Positions 14,426 through 27,304 of a stretch of 64,000 bases of DNA are shown piece by piece; the first letter of the stretch is position 1, and each line of letters starts with the position of its first letter. The translations under genes were made by a program, and so were the position numbers. Below the pieces are notes generated by a model that saw only the letters and a program-made list of their open reading frames with translations, did not search any database and was not told the origin of the DNA. The DNA is from Eledone cirrhosa (Eukaryota), in assembly GCA_964016885.1 (NCBI GenBank), contig OZ024747.1:27590001-27654000 (forward strand), written 5' to 3'.

Positions 14426-14890
14426 TAATAATAATAATAACAATAAAGAATTATAATGCACATCAATTTATTAATGTGCACACAATGAGGACACAATAAA
14501 TATTGAGGTAAAATTTGTTAATGATGTGAATTAAAAAAGGTAAATATTAACAACTCATTAAAAGTATTAATTATTTTAGCCAACTGAATTAATAAAGCAA
14601 TTTAATTTCAACTTGAAAACTACAAAACACATTTTAATGAATTAGAATATTTTTTTTAAATGTTAACAGGAAGAAAAGCTTATGAATTTTAAACAAATTT
14701 TGATTTGTTAGTTGGAACTATCTGGTTTCATGGATTACGAGAATGTTGTCTAGGATTGTTTCATATGATCTTGGACTAGGACAAATAATCAAGGACTGTT
14801 TCATATGATCCACAACCACTCCATGGATTTTTATGGCATATAATCCAGGAGTGTGTCATGTGATCCAGGAGAGTGTTGTATTTCCTAGGA

Positions 14891-17340
14891 CTGTGTTGTG
14901 TGATCTGGGACTGTGTTGTGTGGTCTGGGACTGTGTTGTGTGGTTTGGGACTGTGTTGTGTGGTCCAGGATTGTGTTGTGTGGTCCGGGATTGTGTTGTG
15001 TGAACCGGGACAGTGTTGTGTGAACCGGGACAGTGTTGTGTGAACCGGGACAGTGTTGTGTGATCTGGGACTGTGTTGTGTGGTCTGGGACTGTGTTGTG
15101 TGATCTGGGACTGTGTTGTGTGGTCTGGGACTGTGTTGTGTGGTCTGGGACTGTGTTGTGTTGTCCGGGATTGTGTTGTGTGAATGGGGACAGTGTTGTG
15201 TGGTCTGGGACTGTGTTGTGTGGTTTGGGACTGTGTTGTGTGATCTGGGACTGTGTTGTGTGATCTGGGACTGTGTTGTGTGGTCTGGGACTGTGTTGTG
15301 TCGTCCGGGATTGTGTTGTGTGAACAGGGACAGTGTTGTGTGAACAGGGACAGTGTTGTGTGAACAGGGACAGTGTTGTGTGAACAGGGACAGTGTTGTG
15401 TGAACAGGGACAGTGTTGTGTGATCTGGGACTGTGTTGTGTGGTCTGGGACTGTGTTGTGTGGTCTGGGACTGTGTTGTGTGGTGTGGGACTGTGTTGTG
15501 TGAACCGGGACAGTGTTGTGTGGTCTGGGACTGTGTTGTGTGATCTGGGACTGTGTTGTGTGGTCTGGGACTGTGTTGTGTGGTGTGGGACTGTGTTGTG
15601 TGAACCGGGACAGTGTTGTGTGGTCTGGGACTGTGTTGTGTGGTCTGGGACTGTGTTGTGTGGTCTGGGACTGTGTTGTATCGTCCGGGATTGTGTTGTG
15701 TGAACCGGAACAGTGTTGTGTGAACCGGGACTGTGTTGTGTAGTCTGGGACTGTGTTGTGTAGTCTGGGACTGTGTTGTGTGGTCTGGGACTGTGTTGTG
15801 TGGTCTGGGACTGTGTTGTGTGGTCTGGGACTGTGTTGTATCGTCCGGGATTGTGTTGTGTGAACCGGGACTGTGTTGTGTGGTCTGGGACTGTGTTGTG
15901 TGGTCTGGGACTGTGTTGTGTGGTCTGAGACTGTGTTGTGTGGTCTGGGACTGTGTTGTGTCGTCCGGGACTGTGTTGTGTCGTCCGGGATTGTGTTGTG
16001 TGAACCGGGGCAGTGTTGTGTGATCTGGGACTGTGTTGTATGGTCTGGGACTGTGTTGTGTGATCTGGGACTGTGTTGTGTGATCTGGGACTGTGTTGTG
16101 TGGTCTGGGACTGTGTTGTGTGGTCTGGGACTGTGTTGTGTGATCTGGGACTGTGTTGTGTGATCTGGGACTTTGTTGTGTGGTCTGGGACTGTGTTGTG
16201 TCGTCCGGGATTGTGTTGTGTGAACCGGGACAGTGTTGTGTGGTCTGGGACTGTGTTGTGTGAACCGGGACAGTGTTGTGTGGTCTGGGACTGTGTTGTG
16301 TGGTCTGGGACTGTGTTGTGTGATCTGGGACTGTGTTGTGTGATCTGGGACTGTGTTGTGTGGTCTGGGACTGTGTTGTGTCGTCCGGGACAGTGTTGTG
16401 TGGTCTGGGACTGTGTTGTGTGGTCTGAGACTGTGTTGTGTGGTCTGGGACTGTGTTGTGTGAACCGGGACAGTGTTGTGTGGTCTGGGACTGTGTTGTG
16501 TGGTCTGAGACTGTGTTGTGTGGTCTGGGACTGTGTTGTGTGGTCTGGGACTGTGTTGTGTGAACCGGGACAGTGTTGTGTGGTCTGGGACTGTGTTATG
16601 TTGTCTGAGACTGTGTTGTGTGGTCTGGGACTGTGTTGTGTGAACCGGGACTGTGTTGTGTGAACCGGGACTGTGTTGTCTGAACCGGGACAGTGTTGTG
16701 TGGTCTGGGACTGTGTTGTGTGGTCTGGGACTGTGTTGTGTGGTCTGAGACTGTGTTGTGTGGTCTGGGACTGTGTTGTGTGAACCGGGACTGTGTTGTC
16801 TGAACCGGGACAGTGTTGTGTGGTCTGGGACTGTGTTGTGTTGTCTGAGACTGTGTTGTGTGGTCTGGGACTGTGTTGTGTGAACCGGGACTGTGTTGTG
16901 TGAACCGGGACTGTGTTGTGTGAACCGGGACTGTGTTGTCTGAACCGGGACAGTGTTGTGTGGTCTGGGACTGTGTTGTGTTGTCTGAGACTGTGTTGTG
17001 TGGTCTGGGACTATGTTGTGTGAACCGGGACTGTGTTGTGTGAACCGGGACTGTGTTGTGTGAACCGGGACAGTGTTGTGTGGTCTGAGACTGTGTTGTG
17101 TGAACCGGGACAGTGTTGTGTGGTCTGAGACTGTGTTGTGTGGTCTGGGACTGTGTTGTGTGGTCTGGGACTGTGTTGTGTGGTCTGGGACTGTGTTGTG
17201 TGGTCTGGGACTGTGTTGTGTGGTCTGGGACTGTTGTGTGAACCGGGACAGTGTTGTGTGAACCGGGACAGTGTTGTGTGAACCAGGTCTGTGTTGTCTG
17301 AACCGGGACAGTATTGTGTAAACCGGGATTATGCAGTGTG
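14891..17340. repeat. 20-bp minisatellite, about 120 units, consensus CTGTGTTGTGTGGTCTGGGA
   Basis: Strict 20-nt period with recurring variant units. Confidence 0.97.
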
Positions 17341-18028
17341 ATCTGGGGCTGTCCTGTGTAATCTAGGCTGCTCTGTCATCCAGGTAGAAAACAAGGAATA
17401 AATATAGCTGATAAACTCTCTGCATATATTACATTGACAAAACTTACATTGGAAAGACTAAGGTGGGAGGTAAAAGATTTAGGAGTCATGTCTTAGGTAC
17501 AGAAAGAGTTAATTAGGTTTAATGAGAACAAAAGTACTTTAGTAATTTTAAGTAAAAATACAAATCTTTAAAAAAATTTTTAACAATGGTTAAATTTCAT
17601 AATTAATCCTTAATGACCAATGTTAAACCTTACACCAGTATAATGAACATTTTTAATACATATTTGCAGGAACCTTGAAGTGAAATAGTGAGAGGCTACT
17701 GGAAAAAAAAAATCAACTCACAGTTCATATACAACACATGCATTTTGATTTAATCTGCATCTGCCCCAGTTTCCCTAATTGGTGGAAACAAATAAAAAGT
17801 TTTCAAGAAGGAACATATATAAACTCCATGTCAACCTGGAGAAGGCAACAGTATACCAACTTGAGAAAATGAAGTAGGTGTTGTTTCATTTAGACTCACC
17901 AAATGTAATAATCAACTTATTGGTTTATATACATATGAGAGTATGTGTGTGTGTGTATGTGTAGCAGAATCCCACATACATAAATAGAAGGTATAAACAT
18001 TAACTTTCCTGCATATACATTGGTTTAA

Positions 18029-18336
18029 CCCTCTTGATACCAAATTGCCCTGGTTTTAATACAAAGCTGTTTATTTTTAAGTGTTTATATTTATCTTAAA
18101 GTCTTCTGTCATAATTTTATGTAAGAACCTTTGTTAAGTTAAGCTTGATTATGAGAAAGTTATCTATATTTTCGAACTGATTTAAAAATCACAAGCATTG
18201 TCTTTCATTAGAAATGTGGTAACAAAAAGGATTCTCTGGAATTACAAGATTTGTAATTCTAAGTGAGCACATGTCATTTCAAAGAGAAATTATATTAAAG
18301 TATGTATTATAATTTTAAAGTATGGTTATAAAAGGG
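18029..18336. mobile_element. piggyBac-like MITE; related degenerate tandem copies at 21598-22200
   Basis: TTAA|CCC...GGG|TTAA ends; shared body with 34449-34683. Confidence 0.6.
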
Positions 18337-19711
18337 TTAATTCTTAAATAAGAATTTATGAAAAAATACAGATTAAAAAAACAAGATTATGTTATCCACC
18401 CATCCACTCAACAAACACCCACCTACCCACTATTCCATCCCGAAAATATTGAATCAATTCCCAGCAGTCATTTGTGTTTATTTAAACATAGGATGCTTAA
18501 TATAATCTTCCATGATTATGGTAATACTGTGGAATATTCTTCAATTTCCCCGAGAAAATCCCATTCCACAGAAAAAGGTTTACCATTTCGTAAACACAGA
18601 AAACTGTAAAATTCCAAACACTGGAGTTAAATATGAAATCACATTTATAAAATTAAAAAATATCCATTAATGGATTAAATTAATAAAATTTAATTTGATT
18701 AACAACTATTATACTTTCAGTGTGAATTAACTCTAAAATGTGAATATCATTATTACTAATGTTGTTGTTGTTATTATTAATATTATATGCTTAATGGACA
18801 TGTGGAGTTCATGGCAGCTATGGTTATGGCTCAAGAAATGAAGAGGAATTGGGGCTCCTGAAATTCTGTAATGCACTCATCCCCACACACTCCACAAGCA
18901 TAGCTTTGTTAAAGTTTTGTGAAAAAAGTGAATATTTCCTTATACCAGCTGTAAAACAATGATTATGTACTTATTAAATAAACGTCAGTGTAGGTCAGAT
19001 TTAATAGTCAATTACAGAAAGCTGGAATTTAATAGTTAACCAAAGAAACAGAAAATAAATTAAAAATTAAATTAATAAAAACAAAACTGAAATAAACTGA
19101 AACTGAAATAAAACAAAACAAATAAAGTAATATTTTAATGATATTTCAATGTAGATGCTTATGATGATGATGACGACAAACATTGGTAGCCATAATGATA
19201 AGAGGAGGAGGGGAGACGATGCTGAGGGTGAAGGGTGAGGTGTTGTTTGATCAGGGAAGGAGGATCAGATCAAGAGCATTATATATATATACACACATCC
19301 ATAATTTCAAAACACTCATCTATTACCTACATATATACACACACACACATATATATATATATGTTTGCATATATATAAACATACATACATAAAATTCAAG
19401 TCAATAAGAAGGGGTTCACTCAATTTGCTAGAAATAGCAGCTACATCTTTAAATCAAACATATAAAGGGGGCAGTTGGTCTAATGATGCTTAACTTCCTC
19501 AGAGTAACACACACACACATACAGGCATGCATATAGTTATTGGCGATGACTAATGAGTTGGCACCAACTCAACAAACCAACAGTACCACTACCACCACCA
19601 CTATCATCAGCAGCAGCATCCCCACAACTGCCACCATCATCACTATCACCACCACTTCCAGGTTGCCATATATATACACACACAGATAAGATATTACTAG
19701 TTAAGATATAG

Positions 19712-19814
19712 GGATTCTTTGCTCAATAGCTAAGCTTAAACTGTTTTGATAACACATGAGAAATTCTCATGTGCTACCAAAACAGTTTAAGCTTAGCTGT
19801 CAAGCAACGAATCC
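19712..19814. other. 103-bp near-perfect palindrome
   Basis: 51-nt arms with 6 mismatches and no real spacer. Confidence 0.9.
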
Positions 19815-19825
19815 GATAATAATAA

Positions 19826-20000
19826 TAATTGTTTCTACTTTTGGCACAAGGCCAGCAATTATCCCAGTGCATTACTGGTGCTTTATTTTATCGACCCCGT
19901 AAGGATGAAAGTCAAAGTTAACCTCAGCAGGATTTGAACTCACACCATAAAGCAGCATAACTCTATGCTGCAAAGCATGGCATCCAACCCTCTACCAATA
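19826..20000 (-). mobile_element. SINE family 1 copy
   Basis: Same core, (TAA)n flanks. Confidence 0.82.
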
Positions 20001-20039
20001 CTAATAATAATAACATATACATTTGCGTTTTATGTTATC

Positions 20040-20640
20040 TTCCATGCATATCACATGTCCACACCAATTCCTCTTATACCAAGTTTTTCCCTCAATTTAC
20101 TTATGCTATGTCGCTCATGCACACTAACATCCATCAGAGCATACCCAACTCATTTCTTTCAATGTCTTCTGCAATCAAGGCCCACTTTTCACTGTTATTT
20201 AGCATTTCAGTTTGGATAAAGGCATCATACAGTCTACCCTTCACTCTAAGAGAAAAGCATTTTGTTGTCAACAGCCTGTTCTTATTCTAGCTATCACATG
20301 ACATGACCCCTCAGTCATGTCAAGGACATGACAGCCTCCCTAGAGTTGGTGAGCTACAAGATAAACACACCCAGTACATGCTGTAAAGCGGTTGGTGATA
20401 GGAAGGGCGTCCAGCCATAGAAAGCTTGCCAAACAAAGGCTTCGGAGGACCCTCAGTCATGTCAAAAACATGGCAACATCTCCTGTGCAATCAGTAGAAC
20501 GTGAGATCCCTGGCCTGTCTAAGAGATCAGTTGCCCTGCTTCAGTACTGACTTGGTCTATGTAGACCCGCTCAACCTTTGCTAGCAAGGAAGGCAGACGT
20601 TAAAACGATGTTGATGGCAATAATGATGATGATGATATAT
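20040..20640. mobile_element. Degenerate RTE fragments (C-terminus on minus, 3' UTR and tail on plus)
   Basis: FSLRVKGRLYDAF on minus; ggaagggcgtccagccatagaaa...gacgttaaaacgatg tail on plus. Confidence 0.65.
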
Positions 20641-22420
20641 ACACACACACACACACCACTGTCCATGCTATAAAGTGGCAGTGCTGTTGTCATGATAAAT
20701 GCACCCAGTACACTCTGTAAAGTGGTAGTGCTGGTGCTATGATAAAATGCACGCAAACTGGAATGAATGAACAAGACGTAGTCCCCTAACCTATTTAGTC
20801 CCAGCATTTGAGAATCTATCCAACACATACCACCATGGAAACTGGTGATGATAATGATCTATGTGTATGTATGTATGTGCGTGTATGTCTATATATTTAC
20901 AAGTGTGTTTAAAAGCCATGCATCAAAGAACGGCCGGGTTGGGCAGAACTGATGTTCAAAAATGGGACAGTTTCACATGCCTAACTCAACGATTGAGGTG
21001 CTACAAAGTGTTGGCTTTCATGTCTAGCCAAAAAACGTCAGGCAGATGTGTACAGGGGAACAAGTAAGGAAGGTGGGAATTCATTTCAGGTTCAAAATGG
21101 GTTCAAATCTTGCATGATCATGGTTGATCCAAGGGTTAATTCAAGGATCAGTATTTCCAAATCAATTATAACAAGACGGACATTTCTCTTTTTCTAACTT
21201 CTGCTGTTATTTCATGCCAGTACAACAACAAGAACATTAATATCATCTCTTAACATTCTGTAATGATTTAGCAGAAGATATCTAAATTCATGTTTGTTAA
21301 TCCAAATGTTTATAGAATCATTACAAATGGACAAATTGTGGTGAAAATTTGTGGTAAACTAACTAAAAACTTATTCTTTTAATGTATATCAATCATAATG
21401 CTGTTTTGTATTTTTCAATAATGTTTTGCTAATGCGGTTTCATGCAGTACAGGACATTAAAAGTTTATAAGTCAAAGGACCAGTTGAAATTCTGTATTAT
21501 ATAAATGTTCGTATTTCTGTTTTTATACATAAATTTATTGACATTCATAACAATATTTCAGTATCTTGGTTTTTATTCTCAATAGTTATGTCTGTTTAAT
21601 CCCTTCCATACAAACTGCCTGAAACTGCTCCTAGTTCTACAAACAATATTGTTTGTTTTAAAGTGTTCATATTAGAATTTAAACTTTCCATTATAATATT
21701 ATGTAAGAAAGTTTTGTTGTTTCAAACACTAGCTTAGTAATGAAAGTCAGTTGTGTAACTAAATCCCTCCAAATTTTTTATTATTTTCAAAATTATTTGA
21801 AAATCATAGACAGTGTCTTTCATTAGAAATATGGAATGCTAAAGCTGTTTAACCTCTTTGATATCAAACTGCCTATGTTTGTTTTAAAAATTTGTATTTA
21901 TCTAAAAATGTTCCATTTTAATTCTGTGTATGAACCTGTGTTAAGTTATGTTTCAAACACTAGTTTAATGATGAAAAAATTAGTTGTTATTTAACCACTC
22001 CAAATTCTTGATTATTTTATAAGCAGCATCTTTCATTAGAAAAATGGTAATGAAAGGATTAAATAATGTTATAAACATCAGCTTAATAATGAGAAAGTTA
22101 ATTACATTACTAAATCTCTCAAAATTCTTCATTATTTTCAAAATGTTTAGAAAATCATAGGCAGTGTCTGTGATTAGAAATATGGTAACAAAAAAGTTAA
22201 AGATTCTGATTATATTTTCATTTTTGTTCTATAATTAAGGTTGTTTAGTGTGTAACACTCAAACTTACTTTATTATGTTAAAGATTCTGATCATTTTTTT
22301 GATTTTGTACTATAGTTAAGATTGTTCAAACTTTACACATATAATACTTATGTTTCAGGGAGTGTTGTGAGCAAAAAAATTTCAAATTTTCAATGCCCTA
22401 GGCATTAGGCGATTTAGCGA

Positions 22421-23033
22421 TCTCTCTCTATAATTCTTAGTCTTTCTCTTTTTAGATATATACATACATATAATGTCGCGCCCTTATAATATCTGTCTGT
22501 ATGTCTGCCTGTTTGCATTACGTCACTTCCCTGAGGATGTGTGTGTGTGTGAATCCCTAAAACTCGGGAAGTACCCAACCGATTTTTTTCAAACTTTACA
22601 TATGTATTAGTTATGTTTCTGGGAGTGTTATGCACATAAAAAAATATAACTTTTTTTATCTCCTAGGGCCCGCATTAGATGAAAAACTGCTTTTTTAAAG
22701 ATTTTTTAGGTGTTACGTCAGACCGATTTCCTTGAAATTGTAACTATGTATTAGTCAGTCTCTTCTTCATACCGTAAGCAAAGAAAATTCAACTTTCTTA
22801 TGGCCTAGGGCCCGCATTAGGTGAAAAACTTCATTTTCTTGATCCCCTAGGAGGTGAAAACCTCCATTTTTCCTGCTTCATCGAGGAAAATCTTATAGAT
22901 TATCCAGCCATCAGAGTATTTGGTTTATTTTCTTTACATATTGTCCAGGCATGCAGTTTTTCCACGATTAGGTCTGTTGGCGGCCAGCGTTCCAAAATAC
23001 CTTATCCCATGCAACGCTGGGTACCACTGCTAG
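22421..23033 (+). mobile_element. Non-autonomous Helitron-like element
   Basis: A|TC start, subterminal hairpin ccca-tgcaacgc-tggg, CTAG|T end, ctgt microsatellite near the 5' end, internal repeats ctagggcccgcattag. Confidence 0.65.
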
Positions 23034-23990
23034 TAGATCATAATAATAATAATAATGGTTTCTGATTTAGGCATAAGGCCAGCAATTTGGGGAATGAAAA
23101 ATCGATTAAATCAACCCCAATGCGTGACTGGTACTATATTTTATCACACCTGTAAGGATAATAATAATTTAAAAAATAATAGTCTGTTTAAAAATACATT
23201 ATGATTCCTTTTTAATTTGTGTATTCCTGTTTTATGAAAGGCATACAGTAGTACCTGTTATTAGAGGTGACTAAAAAGGTTATTGTCAAGAAGAACATCT
23301 AGCCATAAAACACTGTCTCAAAACTTTCCATCCAAATCTTGCCAGCAAGGGAAAATGAGTGTAAAAATGATGATGATGATGAATTGACTAATAGATATAT
23401 AGATAGATAGATAGAAAAAAGTAGATGAGAAATGAATAAAACAGATGAGATATTGCATGTACATATGTGAGTACGCTCTGTTTTTTGTTGAATCATCAGT
23501 CTGGTCTATAACTTCTGGAGTGACCTTGAATAATCCTCTGTGAAACACATAACACAATAAAAGCCTAAATACATCTAAATGAAGCTTCATTTTTCTTAAT
23601 ATATACAAATCGAACGCTCATATTGGTACTACCACCAGTAATTCACTGAATCACATACACTATATATGTATGTGTTTTGTATGAGCAAGACATGGTCACC
23701 CTGACTGGCATTGCTCACAACAGGACAATTCGCCTAACCCATGCTAGCATGGAAAAAATGGACGTTAAACAGTGATGATATGTATATATATATATATTGG
23801 GTGTGTGTACACATCCAAATCATATTAAGAGAGAAAAAGAGGTATTAGAGCAATGAATAAAAGGAATAATAAGGTGAAGAGAATGTGTTTAAACCAGGAA
23901 CTACAATGTGAAATATGTGAAAGACCTGTTAAATACTGACTTTAATGTCAGATTAAATTGAAAAAAATTTCTGAATGTGTTTAGTAAATG

Positions 23991-24032
<42 letters not shown>

Positions 24033-24499
24033 AAGAGAAAGAGATGGGGGGGTTACCATGTCATCCCCACCAAAACCACCCTTCTGTAGACAATATAAGA
24101 ATGGAGCAAAGAATGGCCAAAACAAAAGGAACAGCTACAGATGTAAAGACAGTAGGGAAAGGAAGGGGGATGTTGTCTGATGTTTTTAATGTTTAATAGT
24201 CTTCTAAGAGGTCAATTTTGATTGTTGTTATTGATTTTATTTATTGATTGATTTTTGTTGTTGTTATTTTCATTATCTGGAGGATGATTTATTATAATTT
24301 TTTATAGTAATTGTTTGATAAAAATCAATGAGATGACACCATTTGGAACAATTCTAAAAATGGGATCAGATCAAAGAAGAATTGTGGAGGGAATGGTTTA
24401 TAATTCCATTTGCGGGGAAACAAAAATGGAAAATATGAGAAATAATGAAAAATGAAATATAAAATCAAATAAATATCAAATCAAAGATAAATGATAATA

Positions 24500-25380
24500 A
24501 TAATGGTTTCTTATATAGGCACAAGGCCAGTAATTTGAGGGGAGGGGAAAGTCGATTAAATCGACCCCAGTGCATGATTGGTACTTTATTTTATCGACCC
24601 CATAAGGATGAAAGGCAAAGTTAACCTCGGCGGGATTTGAGCTCAGATCATAAAGAGCCGTAACTCTATGCTGCAAAGCATGGCATCTGACCCTCTACTG
24701 ATACTGCCAATCCACCACCTTAATGATAATAATAATAATATTTTTTCTAACACAGACCTGAAGACTAACAATTTGGGCAACAAAGGGAAAAGGTAATGAC
24801 ACTGACTGCAGTACTTAACTAGTACTTTATTTTATCAACCCCAGAAAGGTGAAAGGCAAAGCTGACCGTAGCAGGATCTCAACTCAGAACATAAAAGCAG
24901 GAACAAATACCACAAAGTATTTTGTCCGACGTTCTAACAATTCTGTTTGATGCTCTAACTCAGATATGGGCAGCCTTTACGTGCAGTGGGCTACATAGGA
25001 TTTGGCTCATCATAAAGTGAGCTGCACTACTAAAAAGTTCAAGGCAGTTTTGGAATTAGGCATGCCATTCAGAAAGCCAAAAGGGCTGTAGTTTGTCCAT
25101 GATTGCTCTAACCAATCAACTACCCTCATGGTAATAATAATAACAACAATTATAATAATAATGGATTCTAATCTTGGCACAAGGCCAACAATTTGGAGGG
25201 AAAAGAAAAGTAAAATATATCAACTCCAGTACTTGACTGCTACTTTATTTTATCAAACCCAGAAGGAAGAAAGGCAAAGTTGACCTCCACAAGATCTGAA
25301 CTCAGAAAGTAAAGAGCCAAAACAAATACTGCTAAGCAGCTGTCTGATGCTCTTACAACTCTGCTAATCTGCCACGTGAA
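24500..25380 (-). mobile_element. Cluster of three SINE family 1 copies (24503-24720, 24740-24945, 25160-25375)
   Basis: Same core, (TAA)n spacers. Confidence 0.8.
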
Positions 25381-25381
25381 T

Positions 25382-25426
<45 letters not shown>

Positions 25427-26261
25427 CAAAACAAAAAATTAAAATGAGATTTGTTCATTAGTTTCTTTTGATGAATTCCTTAAAGGATTTGCTGGATCTG
25501 TTAATAAAGGATTTGCTGGATTCCTTAACAAAGTATTGAAATTCAATTTGGTGCCATGCGTAAAAAAGAACAAAATAAATAAAATAAATAAATAAATAAA
25601 AATTATAACAATTCAAAAAAATAAACAAAACAAACAAAAGGTAAAAAATTGTCATGCTTTTTGGCATTTTTTTTTGTACTTGGAACTAAAAGAATCTGCG
25701 AGAAACCTGCAGCAGCCTGAAGGACATCCATTTTAAAACTTACCAAATTCCATAGCATAGAGAATACCAGCCATATCTTGGGGGACACCTTGGAAAAATA
25801 AATTTACTTTGAAAACATTGTTCTTCATAGATTTGGTAACACCATGTCTCATAAATATATATATATATATATAAATATATATATTAATTAGAGCATGTGT
25901 TAGTTAATCACCGATACTTCAGTATGCAGGGTAGAGCACTCGACGAAGTACACAGGTGGGTCTGTTTACTCTGGAGTATATTTATAAACAAGAAGTACAA
26001 GTCAACAGGTTATAATTCACTTTGTTTATACATATCCACTGTTATATATATTTTGGTGATAACAGTTATGCAACAGCTATGACCTCATCAGACAGCTAGA
26101 ATTTGAACAGAAAAAACAAAAAACATGAAGAAATAAAGCTTACTTCTGTTGTTTCAATTCATTGATATGCCCCGGCTGATATTTGTAGTTGGTTTCTCAA
26201 AGCACCACTAACAGCGATTATGAATAAACGAAGTGAATTATAACCTGTTGACTTGTACTTC

Positions 26262-26301
<40 letters not shown>

Positions 26302-26381
26302 AATAAAGTGTGGTAAGGAACCAGGTGGACCATAACGCACCAGAGTACTCGATACTTAGGGTAGTAGAGTGGGTAATAGAA

Positions 26382-26495
26382 AAAGAGTCAGGACCGCGAT
26401 GGCTGAGCTCCGGCCATTTTGACAGCTAGATCCGAACGCGTTCGCATCTAGCTGTCGAAACGGCCGGAACTCAGCCGTCGGGGTCCTGACTCTTT
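26382..26495. other. 114-bp GC-rich near-perfect palindrome
   Basis: 50-nt arms with 5 mismatches around the central palindrome cgaacgcgttcg. Confidence 0.9.
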
Positions 26496-27114
26496 ATATA
26501 TATATAAACATATATATTATATATATATACACAAAGATAGATATTATATATATATATATATACACAAAGATATATATGTATGTATGAATATATATGTATA
26601 TATCATGATATTTATCGTTAATGATCTGTTTGTCAGTGTGTAACTGTGTACACACACACACTCAAATTCAACATTATCAACATCAATTTCTTGGTCTCAA
26701 TTTTATCATCGCCAACTTTAATTTTGTCATCAATTTCAACTTCATTGTTATTGTAAGGAGGAGTGATTTTTTTTTATTTCTATGAAGAGTGGAGTGTGTA
26801 TGTGTTACTAATGGTGGCTGTTGATTTCGAAGTGTCACCAACGTTTTGATAAGCCAATAATATTGGTGAAACTTTGAAGTAAACAGTTACCATTAATAAC
26901 AAATATTACATTGACTCTATACACTGTATATGAGTCCTTAATTCAATGCATGTTTAGTGTATTTATTACACTGACCTATAAAACAAGCAATGACATATAA
27001 ACCTCTGACTCTATCCATTAGACTAAATGCATTCAATAGAAAGAATTGATAATGGTGTCTTTGATTATTATAGTGATAAATCATCAATAACAACTTATAG
27101 TATTGAAATATAAT

Positions 27115-27282
27115 AAATGTTTCTACTTTTGGCAGAAGGCCAGCAATTACCCCAGTGCATTACTGGTGCTTTATTTTATCGACCCCATAGGGATGAAAGG
27201 CAAAGTTAATGTCTGTGGGATTTGAACTCAGAACGCAAACGGCCATGGTGTCTGATGCTCTACCAATACTGCCAATCCACTG
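27115..27282 (-). mobile_element. SINE family 1 copy
   Basis: Same core. Confidence 0.8.
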
Positions 27283-27304
27283 AAATATAATAATAATAAT
27301 GATA

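Noticed and set aside
14891-17340. CRISPR-like array or Cys/Val-rich protein ORFs
   Set aside because: No unique spacers and no cas genes; units are variants of one 20-mer, and the ORFs only reflect the repeat
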